Part shown: positions 39,738 to 52,692 of the stretch, piece after piece | Layout: each line of letters starts with the position of its first letter | How positions within the stretch are numbered: position 1 is the first letter of the stretch | From: Haliotis rufescens | Lineage: Eukaryota | Length of the DNA: 64,000 nt | Reading direction: 5' to 3' | Assembly: GCF_023055435.1 (NCBI RefSeq) | Contig: NW_025964290.1 | Coordinates: forward strand, 2,170,001 to 2,234,000 | Translations under genes and position numbers: made by a program | The notes under the pieces: model-generated | The model's database searches: none | Told to the model about the DNA's origin: nothing | The model's input: the letters and a program-made list of their open reading frames with translations, nothing else

Positions 39738-39778
39738 TATATAAGTGCAGTAGTCTTGGACGCGATGTTAAACCCCGT
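39525..39778 (+). mobile_element. Family D body and tail; head position occupied by the 36 bp array
   Basis: agatagtacttg...ccctgtctggcgctcggcattaagggg...(CA)n...ggacgcgatgttaaacccc. Confidence 0.88.
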
Positions 39779-40556
39779 TGCGCCATCGTTAACATCGCGT
39801 TCACGATTATTGCACCTTTTTAGCGACGTGCATACTGATCCACTGATACCGAGGAAATTCTGTCTCTAGCGAATGAACGAAATGTCCCACATTTGTGACA
39901 TTCAGAGTTAGCAATTATATGCCCGTTCAAGTATCGAGTGGTACACCCACATACGCTAAACACTGAAACTTAATAACTTCCCTGATGTCTGCTCCTGGAA
40001 ATAGCTCGTGTAGAAATAGATTTAAACCAGTCGGACATACCGTTGTTCATATCTGTCGTTACGCCATTAACACGATATCAGATAATGGCGATATCAGATT
40101 GGCGGAAGCTGATGTCTCCGATGAAGCGGAACGCATCACGATCCCTATATATGCGATTGAAACATTATATTTTATTGATTTATATTTCACCAAACCTCCA
40201 TCTGCCCTGGGGGAGAACATAAAGGAGAACAGGGGTTAACAGATAGACTGAATATTAAGAAATGCCGAGACTCGGTTGTCATGGAGGTGACGCAAGGAGT
40301 TGATCACGTGACATATTCCGGGGCATCTAGCAGAGCGTGCCATGCAAGTTTAATGATTCTATATATATATCTGTCCTGTAGGAAGTTCATGTGCGTTGTC
40401 TGATGTAGCGAGTTAAATGTCGCAGTGAATGTTACACGAAGTCGATATATTATCTTACAATGACACAGTGTATAATGAATACACTCAGCATACTCACCGA
40501 CAAAGAGAACGCTTTTAATATATGAAGAATTACTCATATTCAAGAGATATTAGATT

Positions 40557-40800
40557 GACCCGTGAAGATCCATAGGTCTTCAGCAACCCAAGCTGGCCGT
40601 AAAAGGCGGCTGTGCTTGTCGTAAGAGGCGAATAACGGGATCGGGTGGTCAGGCTCGCTGACTTGGTTGATGCATGCCATCGTATCCCATGCTCATGATG
40701 TCAATCACTGGATTGTCTGGTCCAGACTCGATTATTTACAGACCGCCGTCATATAGCTGGAATATTGCAGAGTGCGGTGTTAAACAACAACAACAAACAA
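40557..40800 (+). mobile_element. Family B with intact 5' end, head-loop deletion and duplicated module
   Basis: Starts gacccgtgaagatcc and ends (aac)n. Confidence 0.9.
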
Positions 40801-40861
40801 ATATGGTTTGCGTTTCTTTTGGCGGTGAGTATATATGAGACATTACTACAGTGTAGGTGGC

Positions 40862-40932
40862 AGTCGTAGTAGTAGTAGTTGTAATGGTAGTAGTAGTAGT
40901 AGTGGGAGTAGTAGTAGTGGTAGTGGTAGTAA
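40862..40932. repeat. (GTA/GTG)n microsatellite
   Basis: Direct trinucleotide runs. Confidence 0.9.
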
Positions 40933-41213
40933 GTGTGAACCAATTCTTCGCGCACCCCCACCATCCACCCCTTTCAGACACCTGACATCAACAACACGTT
41001 AATGTTCTTAAGTATATGAGCTACGCACGTCTCAGCGCTAAAATCGCTTTGTGGAGCTGGTCCCTGGATATTATTTTCTTATCAAACACACATGTGTCTC
41101 AGTTTAGAAGAATAGCTTTACCGGTGTTGTCTTCCGGTTGTATAATTTGTAGATAGTCTGTGACATCATTTTGTCCAAGCTCTGGCAAACTTAACCGACT
41201 GTCTTTACATATC

Positions 41214-41456
41214 ACTGCCTCCGTGGTCTAGTCCAGAGGTTCGATCCCCGGCCGCGTCACTCCAAAATACGCTAAAAGATAGTACTTGTTGTTTCCCTGC
41301 CTGGCGCTCGGCATTAAGAGGCTAAAAGAAGGACTGGTCGGCTCAGAGTCAATATACTGTGTCTGAGTGGGGTATTTATGTTAAACTTGGGCATGGTATC
41401 TCAGTGGGCTCGCACTATAAATCGGCTAGCACTATTTGTCCGGAGTACTACAAGCA

Positions 41457-41500
<44 letters not shown>

Positions 41501-41560
41501 CACTCGCTATATGAGTGCAATAACCCTGAACGCGACGTTTAACCCAATTTCACCTCACCT
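41214..41560 (+). mobile_element. SINE family D (V-SINE)
   Basis: Partly deleted head, V-like domain, (CA)n and CACCT tail. Confidence 0.88.
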
Positions 41561-42574
41561 ATCAACACACGCCAATCAACCATTGCTGAATAACCGCATG
41601 CGCTCTGTGATTTGTTAACAGGTAGAGTTCATGTTATCCCATCAACCAATCGAATCCCTGTTTCAACACAATATCTGCATCAGCACCACGTCACCACCAC
41701 ACGGCACCAACTATACTCACTTTGTTAATATACGCAACATGTTGCAGTTTTCATGTAACATGTCGCTAAGATTGCGTCAGATGTTCCCGAAAGAAAATTA
41801 AAAACAACATCTGTTTACATCATTTGTTGACGGACAAATCACATTCGTTGCAGGTCGATAGTTCAATAACACACTGATGTGACCGACGTCTTTCAGTGCA
41901 TTCTGTTGAAACCGGTAAAATATGTTCTGGGTGTATCATATCCGTAAAATATGGAGTCGGTGATATCGTTGTGTAGCAGTATGCTTGTGAACAGTATATT
42001 GTTAGATTTTAAAGCATCAGTATCGTAAACTAACGTGAATTAAATTAATAAGCTAAACCTTAACATGTCACATTTCTTTCTTCAAATACTTGTGTTAACT
42101 TCAGCTCTTGGACAAATCTACTAATTCATAAGTAAGCTAGCTTCTTTATATGTGTTGGGTAGTTCAGTCATTTGTTCAGGTTCATGGCTGTTGTCACCAG
42201 GTCGGTCACAGGCTTGGCCTGTGTTAAAGTGCTTATTGTTCTCTGGTTTGGTATGTTCTCGTCAATCATGTGAATACCCTGGTCAGAGCTACTGCTGGTC
42301 AGTCGGCATAGTTCCTCTGCACATATGATCAGCACACCTCTTCACTGCATCATATAGGGGTATTCACTGTATGTCTGTAAGAGAGGTTCGAGCCTGCGTC
42401 CCTGAGACGAGGGCAGATCCGGACTACCTTGTTGCACCAACCCCACGCTCACACACTCCACGATCCCTTTTGACACTACAACTACTCCCTTATAACTGAG
42501 ACGTGTACCGCTGTTACATGCGGTGTACGCATCGTGGTTGGAAAGTCTTTGTTTTATATCCTGTATGAGTGAGT

Positions 42575-43818
42575 TGGGTGTCGTGTGTCGCCCGTACTGG
42601 GTGTCGTGTGGCGCCCGTACTAGTGGCGCCCGTACTGGGTACCGTGTGGCGCCCGTACTGGGTGTCGTGTGGCTCCCGTGCTGGGTACCGTGTGGCGCCC
42701 GTACTGGGTGTCGTGTGGCGCCCGTACTGTTTGTCGTGTGGCGCCCGTACTGGGTGTCGTGTGGCTCCCGTGCTGGGTGTCGTGTGGCTCCCGTACTGGG
42801 TATCGTGTGGCGCCCGTACTGGGTATCGTGTGGCGCCCGTACTGTTTGTCGTGTGGCGCCCGTACTGGGTACCGTGTGGCGCCCGTACTGGGTATCGTGT
42901 GGCGCCCGTGCTGGGTATCGTGTGGCTCCCGTACTGGGTGTCGTGTGGCTCCCGTGCTGGGTGTCGTGTGGCTCCCGTACTGGGTATCGTGTGGCTCCCG
43001 TACTGGGTATCGTGTGGCTCCCGTACTGGGTATCGTGCGGCTCCCGTACTGGGTATCGTGTGGCGCCCGTACTGGGTATCGTGTGGCTCCCGTACTGGGT
43101 GTCGTGTGGCTCCCGTACTGGGTATCGTGAGGCGCCCGTGCTGGGTGTCGTTCGGCTCCCGTACTGGGTATCGTGTGGCGCCCGTACTGGGTATCGTGTG
43201 GCTCCCGTACTGGGTGTCGTGTGGCTCCCGTACTGGGTATCGTGAGGCGCCCGTGCTGGGTGTCGTTCGGCTCCCGTACTGGGTATCGTGTGGCGCCCGT
43301 ACTGTTTGTCGTGTGGCGCCCGTACTGGGTGTCGTGTGGCTCCCGTACTGTTTGTCGTGTGGCTCCCGTGCTGGGTGTCGTGTGGCGCCCGTACTGGGTA
43401 TCGTGTTGCTCCCGTACTGGGTGTCGTGTGGCGCCCGTACTGTTTGTCGTGTGGCGCCCGTACTGTTTGTCGTGTGGCTCCCGTACTGGGTGTCGTGTGG
43501 CTCCCGTACTGTTTGTCGTGTGGCGCCCGTACTGTTTGTCGTGTGGCGCCCGTACTGTTTGTCGTGTGGCGCCCGTCCTGGGTGTCGTGTGGCTCCCGTA
43601 CTGGGTACCGTGTGGCTCCCGAACTGGGTGTCGTGTGGCTCCCGTACTGGGTACCGTGTGGCGCCCGTACTGGGTGTCGTGTGGCTCCCGTACTGGGTAC
43701 CGTGTGGCTCCCGTACTGGGTGTCGTGTGGCTCCCGTACTGGGTGTCGTGTGGCTCCCGTACTGGGTGTCGTGTGGCGCCCGTACTGTTTGTCGTGTGGT
43801 GCCCTTACTGGGTATCGT
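42575..43818. repeat. 23 bp GC-rich minisatellite, ~54 units (ctgggtgtcgtgtggckcccgta)
   Basis: Tandem units largely free of stop codons, which explains the many long ORFs. Confidence 0.97.
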
Positions 43819-44421
43819 ACGATTGTGACTTATAACATAACGAAATTTAAAGATAACTGAGCGATTGAGTAGCCTTTTCGTCAAAATGTTGACTTGCAAA
43901 GCGAAAATTCCTGATTCGATTCCCCATTTCCAGGCGCTCGCTGTGATTTTGCTACAAGATTGATAATAGCCGTGTGGAACTCACTCACTCACTCACTCAC
44001 TCACTGATCAAGTAATGGAATGCACATAAGGTACAAGTGTTTCAATTTGACCATCCCCGTGACGTCACATTCTAATCACTGCGACCAAGAGTAGCGCACA
44101 AAAAAAACCAAGAAATAGAATAAGGGACAAATGTCGGAAAAACGAGTATTTTCAATTACCCCCTACCTACAAATGGAAAAAATCAAGTCATCTAGGAGCT
44201 GGCTAGGTGTCTGTGGAATTAACCCAATTGATCATTAACGAACCCTTTGTCGGTTTTATGTTGTCATCGCATTACCGCATTTTAACGTTGCACAGTTCAT
44301 TGGACGTTTTTGTGTGTAAATCCGTTTCTTGTATTCTCACATCAGAAAAAAGATCCGAAGAACAAAAATATATTTGCTGTACCAAATCATTACATTGCTG
44401 AACCATTTCAAGTGTCATATC

Positions 44422-44653
44422 AGAGTGAGTGAGTTGGGTTTAACGCGGCTTTTAACAGTATTCCAGTTATATCGTGGCGTGTCAGCTTAATGTGAGAGGA
44501 AAGCCCGAAGTGATGCAGGTCTCAAACGTTTACGACTTCGGTGAAACCCACGAGCATGGGTATGGTGCTGACAAACCTAGAAATATAATCGGGGCGAACC
44601 GGGATTCGAACCCACAATCATAGGTTTCTGGCGTACCCAAGGGACGCAACTCT
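44422..44653 (-). mobile_element. SINE family C, 5'-truncated
   Basis: Reverse complement of C from agagttgcgtcccttg to the tail. Confidence 0.9.
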
Positions 44654-45749
44654 GGGAAACAATAGTCCGTTTGTTGCTGAACCTCTTTAACAACATAGTT
44701 ATATGTCAGATTGTCAATCTCCCGCATTGTGGAGGCTCCTTCCCCGACAATGCATGTATGGTTCAGGTTCCGGCTTGGGGACTTGATGCGTCAGTGTGTT
44801 CTTGCAATAAGCCGGTGGCATGAATTTGTTATTTCAATAAAAAAGATATACTGTCATTAAGCACGGCAGCTGATGAAAGACAGACATAATCAATGCAATC
44901 ACGACGGCATCTCCTCCACTGCTGGGTTCTACGACATCGGCGGCGGTAGTAACCGCACTTCAGATGTTCCTCGATCACAATGGTTTCTCAAAGCTAACAT
45001 TCCATCGACTCTTTAATAAACCAGCATCTCTTGTTTTACCATTACAATGAGGACGTGAATGTACATTGAGACACGATTTGTGTAATTTATCATGTTTATG
45101 GAAATTTGAATTCTTTCAAGTCATTTCCATTCATTCGAATAATGTTGACCCGTAAGGGGTTATTGCTTCTTTGTGCTAGCAGCGCCCCCTGTTGTCTGAA
45201 TTTGGATTGCGACTTCCGGGTACTATGGCCCGGTCCATGCGCAGCACTCAATACCGTGGTAACCGGAAGCAGTTTGGAATGTTTAGACCGTGAAGACAGT
45301 TTTCACAATGATCCTATTATTTTTTCAATATAAACGAGTGTAAAACATGACATTGGTCGTTACTGCTAATTAGGTCAAAACTCTTTAAATGTTTTACCTT
45401 TTACAGGATATGTACGTGCCTTTGATCCTTAGACAAAGCCGACAAACTATTTCCCTACAGTTAAGAGTTCCATGTGGCTGTGAGTTCGCCCATTGATAAC
45501 CTTATCGATTATTGATGATCGTTTGGGAGGACGATGATTAGCCCCGGCGACTGATCAGCTGATATCGACCTCTTGATGATGTCGTGAACGTAATCAATGA
45601 CAGGTATTTCATGGTTCATGGCGTTATCGATTAGGGCGTGGAAATCAATCGATAGCCTAATGAAGGTAGACTGTCATGTTTCTTAATCATCGCCCAATTA
45701 TTAACAGCAATGTCTTGAATGTCCAAGCAAACCGACAACACTGATATCA

Positions 45750-46199
45750 AGTGAGTGAGTTTGGTTTAACGCCGCTTTGAGTGAGTGAGTATGGTTTTAC
45801 GCCGCTTTTAGCAATTTTCCAGCAATATCACGGCGGGGGACACCGGAAATGGGCTTCACACATTGTACCCATGCCGGGAATCGAAACCGGGTCTTCTGCT
45901 TGACGAGCGAACGCTTTAACCACTAGGCTACCCGACCGCCCCTAACGCCGCTTTGAACTGTATTCCCGATATAACACGTTCTTCAGCTTAATGTGGGAGG
46001 AAAGCCCCAAGTGATGAAGGTCTTAGACGTTTACCATTTTGGTGAAACCCACGAGAACAGGTATGGTGTTGGCAAACCTAGAATCATAATCGGGGCGAGC
46101 CGGGATTCGAACCCGTTATCATAGCTTTCTGACGTGCCCAAGGGACGTAACTCTGCACAACTAATTGCGGCGCCTTAGACGATTGGACCACCCGTGCCC
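45750..46199 (-). mobile_element. SINE family C, full length, with SINE A nested in its tail
   Basis: Head gggcacgggtggtccaatcgtctaaggcgccgc at the right end. Confidence 0.9.
45781..45942 (-). mobile_element. SINE family A, full length, nested
   Basis: Perfect 14 bp TSD taacgccgctttga at 45767-45780 and 45943-45956. Confidence 0.95.
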
Positions 46200-46402
46200 A
46201 AAATGATAAAGAAGTAGGTTCATAAAAGCCGTTAGTGATTCTGTTTCATTCGCATGATAAGGTAATTTAGTAAATCCAGCCTCGTTGTTATTTAACTCAT
46301 GCTTATGACAGACCCGACTAATCGTTGTCACCGTTCTCCGACGACGTGGATCGGTGCTCATGCCGTTGATCCTCGGTTAGCCTGACCTACTCCCACTCAT
46401 GT

Positions 46403-46638
46403 CTGTTTATTGTTTAACGCCGCAATCAGCAATATTCAATCTATATGACGGCGGTCTGTAAATACTCGAGTCTAGACAAGACAATCCAGTGATTGACATC
46501 GTGAACATCGGTCCACGCTATTGGGATACGATGACATGGATCAACCGTCAGCGAACCTGACCACCCGATCCCGTTGGTCGCCTCTTACGGCAGGCATGGG
46601 TTGCTGAAGACCTGTTCTGCCTCGGGTCTTCACGGGTC
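46403..46638 (-). mobile_element. Family B, full length, nested in an older B-like copy
   Basis: 5' end gacccgtg at 46638; TSD tc(c/t)cactcatgt at 46391-46402 and 46639-46650. Confidence 0.92.
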
Positions 46639-47976
46639 TCTCACTCATGTACAGATCGCACGGATAACGCTGGAACATGACCGAGTGAGACGTAAAACAA
46701 CATTCACTCCATCTTAACTGAGTGCACGTCAGTGCTTCTAAATTTCCTCCTAAAAATCAATGCGTCATTATTATTATTCCGCAAGATCTGCTTCACTAAT
46801 GTCCTTAAACCTGAAAAATATCGTCATTGTTTTAAGTTAAAATATTAATGAGTCTTGACAACAGACTGTCATTCCTAGCTTTAAACTCAGGCAAGTATAA
46901 TATTTATGGCCCTTTATGAATAGCAGCAATGTAACAGAGTCGACAGATCTTCTACCATATTTTCCAACTTAGATTTTGTTTTGCTGCGTCTAATACGGGT
47001 AAGGGAGCGTGCAACGAGTTATGCAGCTTTTTCTCTCATTAAAAACAATTATCATTCAAAGAGCAAATATTTTCAAAATTATTCTAAATTTGCAGGTGTA
47101 TTGACATTAAACGCCTGATTTGTTACAGTTTGTGCTTCATCACATTCCCTCGCCAAACTCCCAATGGGGGCCGTTATTTGTGCTCATGAAAATCTCAAGC
47201 CGGATGCCTTACATCTTCATCATGAGATTGATTCAATTTTAACGATGAAATATGTTCAAAAATCAAATTAATCAGGCGAGTTATTAGAATAGGATGTCAA
47301 AGTGACCCAGTGCCGCGTTAGCCCTACAGCTGAGTCACTCCTAGTATGGAGACGGCCGTCACTCACGCCGTCGTGAGATGTCACTCCTTTTGTCAGCGTC
47401 ATCCCCGACGTGTTTTGGGAAGATGGGTCCTTTAGACGTGTGGTTTTCGAACGTCGTGGGGTCTTTAGCTGTTAGTGTTTTGTCAGACATTAACATCGAT
47501 TGGTGCCCTGTTTCACGGAACCTCGCATATGGGCTCTAAGCTGAAAAGAAATCCGTTCGCGAGATTGTTTTAAGTTGGGTATTGCTTCTGGACAAAGACG
47601 TTTTCGCAAGCGGATTATTTTTGCAGTGAATGGATTGGGCGGGGTCTTGAATGCCCGTTACGCCTGCGAACAATGTAATTACCAAAGCGGAATCGAACCA
47701 GCAGGTTGTGCGTTATGACTGAGCACATCAGTTGGACTACCCTAATCTTTTTGAGAGAAACTGGCTCCACACAGGGATGATAGCGCTAATGCTATCGGAA
47801 GGGCGAAGACAGTCGTAGCGGTAAGATCGCTTTGTGGAATAGGGCCCTACTGACGAGACCATTTTCGTGATGTTGTTGTCGGTGTCATCGTCGTTTGTCG
47901 TGTTCGATGCGCTCAGTAACGTGTTCTGAATGTGTGACTTGAGGTGGGTGCACACTTCATTATATTTACCCTGATT

Positions 47977-48824
47977 TAGTTCAGCGACATCATGTACAAC
48001 TGTTCCACAGGGTACCCTGCACCCCCATATACCTGCGTACTTACTGGAATCTGGGTCAGACAAACCAGTGGTTGATGTCATGAGTTCAGCGACATCAAGT
48101 ACAACTGTTCCACAGGGTACCTCGCACCCCTATATACCTGCGTACTTACTGGAATCTGGGTCAGACAAACCAGTGGTTGATGTCATGAGTTCAACGACAT
48201 CAAGTACAACTGTGCCACAGGGTACCTCGCACGACCTATATACCTGCGTACTTACTGGAATCTGGGTCAGACAAACCAGTGGTTGCTGTCATGAGTTCAA
48301 CGACATCAAGTACAACTGTTCCACAGGGTACCTCGCACGACCTATATACCTGCGTACTTACTGGAATCTGGGTCAGACAAACCAGTGGTTGCTGTCATGA
48401 GTTCAACGACATCAAGTACAACTGTTCCACAGGGTACCTCGCACGACCTATATACCTGCGTACTTACTGGAATCTGGGTCAGACAAACCAGTGGTTGATG
48501 TCATGAGTTCAACGACATCAAGTACAACTGTTCCACAGGGTACCTCGCACGACCTATATACCTGCGTACTTACTGGAATCTGGGTCAGACAAACCAGTGG
48601 TTGATGTCATGAGTTCAACGACATCAAGTACAACTGTTCCACAGGGTACCTCGCACGACCTATATACCTGCGTACTTACTGGAATCTGGGTCAGACAAAC
48701 CAGTGGTTGATGTCATGAGTTCAACGACATCAAGTACAACTGTTCCACAGGGTACCTCGCACCCCTATATACCTGCGTACTTACTGGAATCTGGGTCAGA
48801 CAAACCAGTGGTTGATGTCATGAG
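47977..48824. repeat. 105-106 bp tandem repeat, 8 units
   Basis: Unit starts at ~47977, 48081, 48186, 48292, 48398, 48504, 48610 and 48716. Confidence 0.97.
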
Positions 48825-50192
48825 AAAAATGCCATCAGCCAGGTCAACTATATGGTTTTTATCATTTATTTCCTTCCTACAATTTGAGGAAATCGCAAGT
48901 ATATGAATATGGATTTGTTTTATTTTGTTTATTTTCTCAACATACCGACTTGAAATTCTGGGCCAGAATCTGTACACCAAACAACACGTGGCCTCCAGCT
49001 CAAATGCTGCCAAAGTGTAAATGGGATACTGCTATTCTTGGACAGGTAGATTATTAATGATACGTCCTGACATTGTAGTTGGAGTAAACTCACACGCCAT
49101 TTCCTTTCCCCCGCGGGGATTCGAGGTTAGACTGCAGCCTGCAACGTATGCTTGCACGAGGCGACTAAGTGGATCGGTGAATCGGGTTCGGTAACTTGCT
49201 TGATAGCGTGCCATCGAACCCCGACGACGTGGAGCTTAATATCATGAACAGGTTTGTCTGGTCCGGACTCCTTTATTTACACGTCATATTGTCGTCATAG
49301 TGTCGTCGTATTGTCGTCATAGTGTTCATATAACGGATGTCGTCCAGAGCATGTAAACAAGCAAGTAGCGGATGTCGCACTGCGAGTACGATCACATCCA
49401 AGGTCGGCCAGCCAGTACGTGTGATGACCTGTGCTAGCTGTCTTCTCATACCGTTTTTTGTCACAACTATTGTACGAGTTATCCCATTCCGTCTTGATAA
49501 AACATGCATTATCAATTACCCATCCTGTGTCTCTGACGTTGCATCACACTGGTTACAACACCCTGGTTACAACACCCATGCCGCTCGCTTTAGTTGGGAT
49601 CTCGTTTAATTTCGTTACCTGTCGAGCAACTCTCGTGAGAATCGTCCGAGACGTTGTAAAGTACAATAAACGAACACCCTTCTCGTCAAGATGTCTCGGG
49701 AGAAATTTGATGCGATGACGCCTCGGGTCCCAGAGGCGAAGTTATCGCCACTTGTCCGACAGATGGCGCCTCGTAATGATGTAACCGGAAGTGTGCACTC
49801 TACTTCCTGTGATCCATTGCACCCAAGGCGAAGATCTATTTGTGTGGCGACAGAAAGGGTGACAATCGTGCAAAAATTTATGGATCAATTAGTTCTCGAT
49901 TAACATCTGTCTTGAACAATCGCTAATTAGTGTCAGCTTTAATTATTCCCGCTCAGTTCTTTGGTACGAGTTCCATCGTGGCTCTACAGCCAAGTGCTGT
50001 GACGTGTGCAATGAAAGTCACATCGCATCACATGCTGTCTTGGTTTTCGTCATGAGTAATGGAAGCAGGTAAATATGTCTTGCATCTCATGTGTACTTTC
50101 AGAATAAAACCCACCAGTGAGGCAGCTTGTGTCGTCAGCATCTTTGTCAGTATTGCTTCCAGTTATATCCCAGGTTCTATGATACAAGAAGT

Positions 50193-50652
50193 TAAGGCTG
50201 GGACGGGTAACTCGGGTACTCCGGTCGGGTCGTTCCTCAGTAGGACCCGGATACCCACAGGACTACCCGGGCCCGTGGATAGTCACGTGATGTGTTGAAT
50301 TGTTTGATAGGCATTACTTAGAAGTTGACGGATGACAAAGTAGACACAATTTATGGATAACAACTTCTTTAATTACTGTTAAGGCGACGTTTTGATATAG
50401 ATCCTTATACCGTTGTCAAGCAGTACTGAATGAGGATCATTGATCAGAATATATATGTGTGTGTGCGTGCGTGCGTGCGTGACCAGATCGTTTTATACGA
50501 GTATCTAAAGACATTTTGCCAGGGCTACGGTCAACCTAATCCCAGTTGGACATTTGTACCTATCTCTTGAGACCTACAGCGGGTACCCGGTTAGGGTCGG
50601 GTAATAGTGGGGCGGGTACCCGGGCAGTAAATTTGACCTCGTCCCAGCCCTA
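50193..50652. mobile_element. hAT-like MITE carrying a nested Penelope-like fragment
   Basis: TIRs taaggctgggacg / cgtcccagcccta; 8 bp TSD caagaa(g/a)t at 50185-50192 and 50653-50660; many subterminal cgggt/acccg motifs. Confidence 0.85.
50297..50425 (-). mobile_element. Penelope-like terminal repeat fragment with a decayed hammerhead-like motif
   Basis: Reverse-complement homologue of 25138-25258. Confidence 0.72.
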
Positions 50653-51412
50653 CAAGAAATGTTATTTAACGTCAGTTATTGGAGGTAGGAGTATAACACC
50701 AGCTCTCTTTAGATCTATTATTACGACAAAACAGGTTAAGAGAAAAACATACTACTATATGCCAGCTGAAATAATGAAATGTACACGAGAAGCTAAAACA
50801 TATTAACTGTAAAGTAGCTAAAATGAAATCACAGGTGAGCGTCATTGATCATAGTAACATATTGAGCATTTGCATATGGGGCCCGACCAATTCCGAAGAA
50901 GCCTGCAGAAATCCCTATTTCAGCAGGCAAATCCAGATGACACGATGGTCAATTAAAACGTAGATTGGATGGTCAAAATGTCTGCTGATTAGTTACAATT
51001 AAGTAGGTATTCCTGTTTAGACTTGCTTCCCTAGCAACCTATGCTTGTTACAAATGGATGATTGCGCTTAATGGTCCTACGACGTGATGGATCGTTGCTC
51101 ACGATATCGATTTGTGGATTGTCGGATCCAGACTCTTGTTTACAATACCCCGTCTTTACAGCTAGAATATTGCCGTGTGCGCGTGAAACAACAAACAAGC
51201 AAGCATCCCAGCTTCTATTTGGGTTGTCGTGGTGACATCTCTGTGTATGTTGTCACCAACTGATTGTCGACTTCCGGTTCGATTACACTCTCAGGAAGTA
51301 GGGTAGCCCAGTGGTCAAAACTTTGTCCCGTAGCATGTAGGTCCGGGGTCTGTTTCCACATGGGTATGTGTCAATACTATTTGACACCCCTCCAGACTCC
51401 ACCCCATGGCTA

Positions 51413-51715
51413 CACACTCTCCCACCATCTCACTCACTCACTCACTCACTCACTCTCCCACCCTCTCTCTCACTCACTCACTCACTCACCCTCCCACCCT
51501 CTCACTCACTCACTCACTCTCCCACCCTCTCTCTCACTCACTCACTCTCCCACCCTCTCACTCACTCACTCACTCTCCCACCATCTCACTCACTCACTCA
51601 CTCTCCCACCCTCTCACTCACTCACTCACTCTCCCACCATCTCACTCACTCACTCCTCTCCCACCCTCTCACTCACTCACTCACTCTCGCACCCTCTCAC
51701 TCACTCACTCACTCT
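51413..51715. repeat. Compound (ACTC)n / tcccaccctc repeat
   Basis: Tandem ~24-32 bp units following a degenerate SINE A-like head. Confidence 0.92.
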
Positions 51716-52430
51716 GGATCCGCCCGAGATTGACGCGAAATCCGATTTCAAGAAAATGGAATACCTCTTCAACCACGAGCTCATCTGAACACTGAAAGCA
51801 CTTTGACGGACTCCATCTTTTTAGAAAAGAATGTCGGTTTGACATTTGACAAAAAGTACATTTAACTCTATTTTGATCGCCAAAACATTACAGCCAGATT
51901 GGCCAAAGATCACGCACCCCATCTATCCATCTGTTGTGAGAAGGGCAGGGAACCGTTAGTAATATCCCCCGTTCGTGCCCCTTCGCCATCAATCTTACCC
52001 CTCGCCATTACTCATCCCCCTCGACGTACTCTTAACGCAATCCGCCAATTTGTTTGGAGACAAACTAAGTTATTTCTTTTAAGAAAAACGTCTATTTTTA
52101 GACAGTACCCATAACAGTGAACCAATTACAGCTCTGTTGATGATAAATACTTCTCGCGGCGTCAGACAGTTAACCCTCCCAGTGCAAACGACACTATTTT
52201 AGATTAAGTGTGATTGTTAAGTATCAGCAGTTGTAGGCAAATAGTGTCGGTTCAGTGAACTACAAACTGGAAGCATGTCTTGACACCCAGCCAGTTTTGT
52301 CAACCCTTTTTCCTTTATCGATTGGTACAGGTATTTCACATCTTTGCTTTGAAAATCAGAGGTTGGAAGAGCCTTTGGTGGAATCAGTTTTGTATTTGTA
52401 CCCGAATTAGAGTTTATCATATGCGGAATG

Positions 52431-52692
52431 TTGTTGTTTGTTGTTTAACGCCGCACTCACCAATATTCCAGCTATATGACGGCGGTCTGTAAATAATCCA
52501 GTCTGGACCAGACAATCCAGTGATTAACATCATGATCATCAATCCACACAATTGGGATACGATGACATGCATTAACCAAGTCAGCGAGCCTGACCACCCG
52601 ATCCCGTTAGTCGCCTCCAACGACAAACACAGTCGCCTTTTACGGCAAGCATGGGTTGCTGAAGACCTATTCTACCCCGGATCTTCACGGGT
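52431..52692 (-). mobile_element. Family B, full length, duplicated-module variant, with ~90-100 bp flanking direct repeats
   Basis: 52340-52430 is repeated at 52695-52795. Confidence 0.93.

Noticed and set aside
42514-43899. 461 aa and 419 aa ORFs on opposite strands
   Set aside because: The 23 bp unit lacks stops in most frames, so ORFs on both strands are an artefact.
47977-48824. Tandem arrays as possible CRISPR
   Set aside because: No unique spacers and no cas genes; eukaryotic context.
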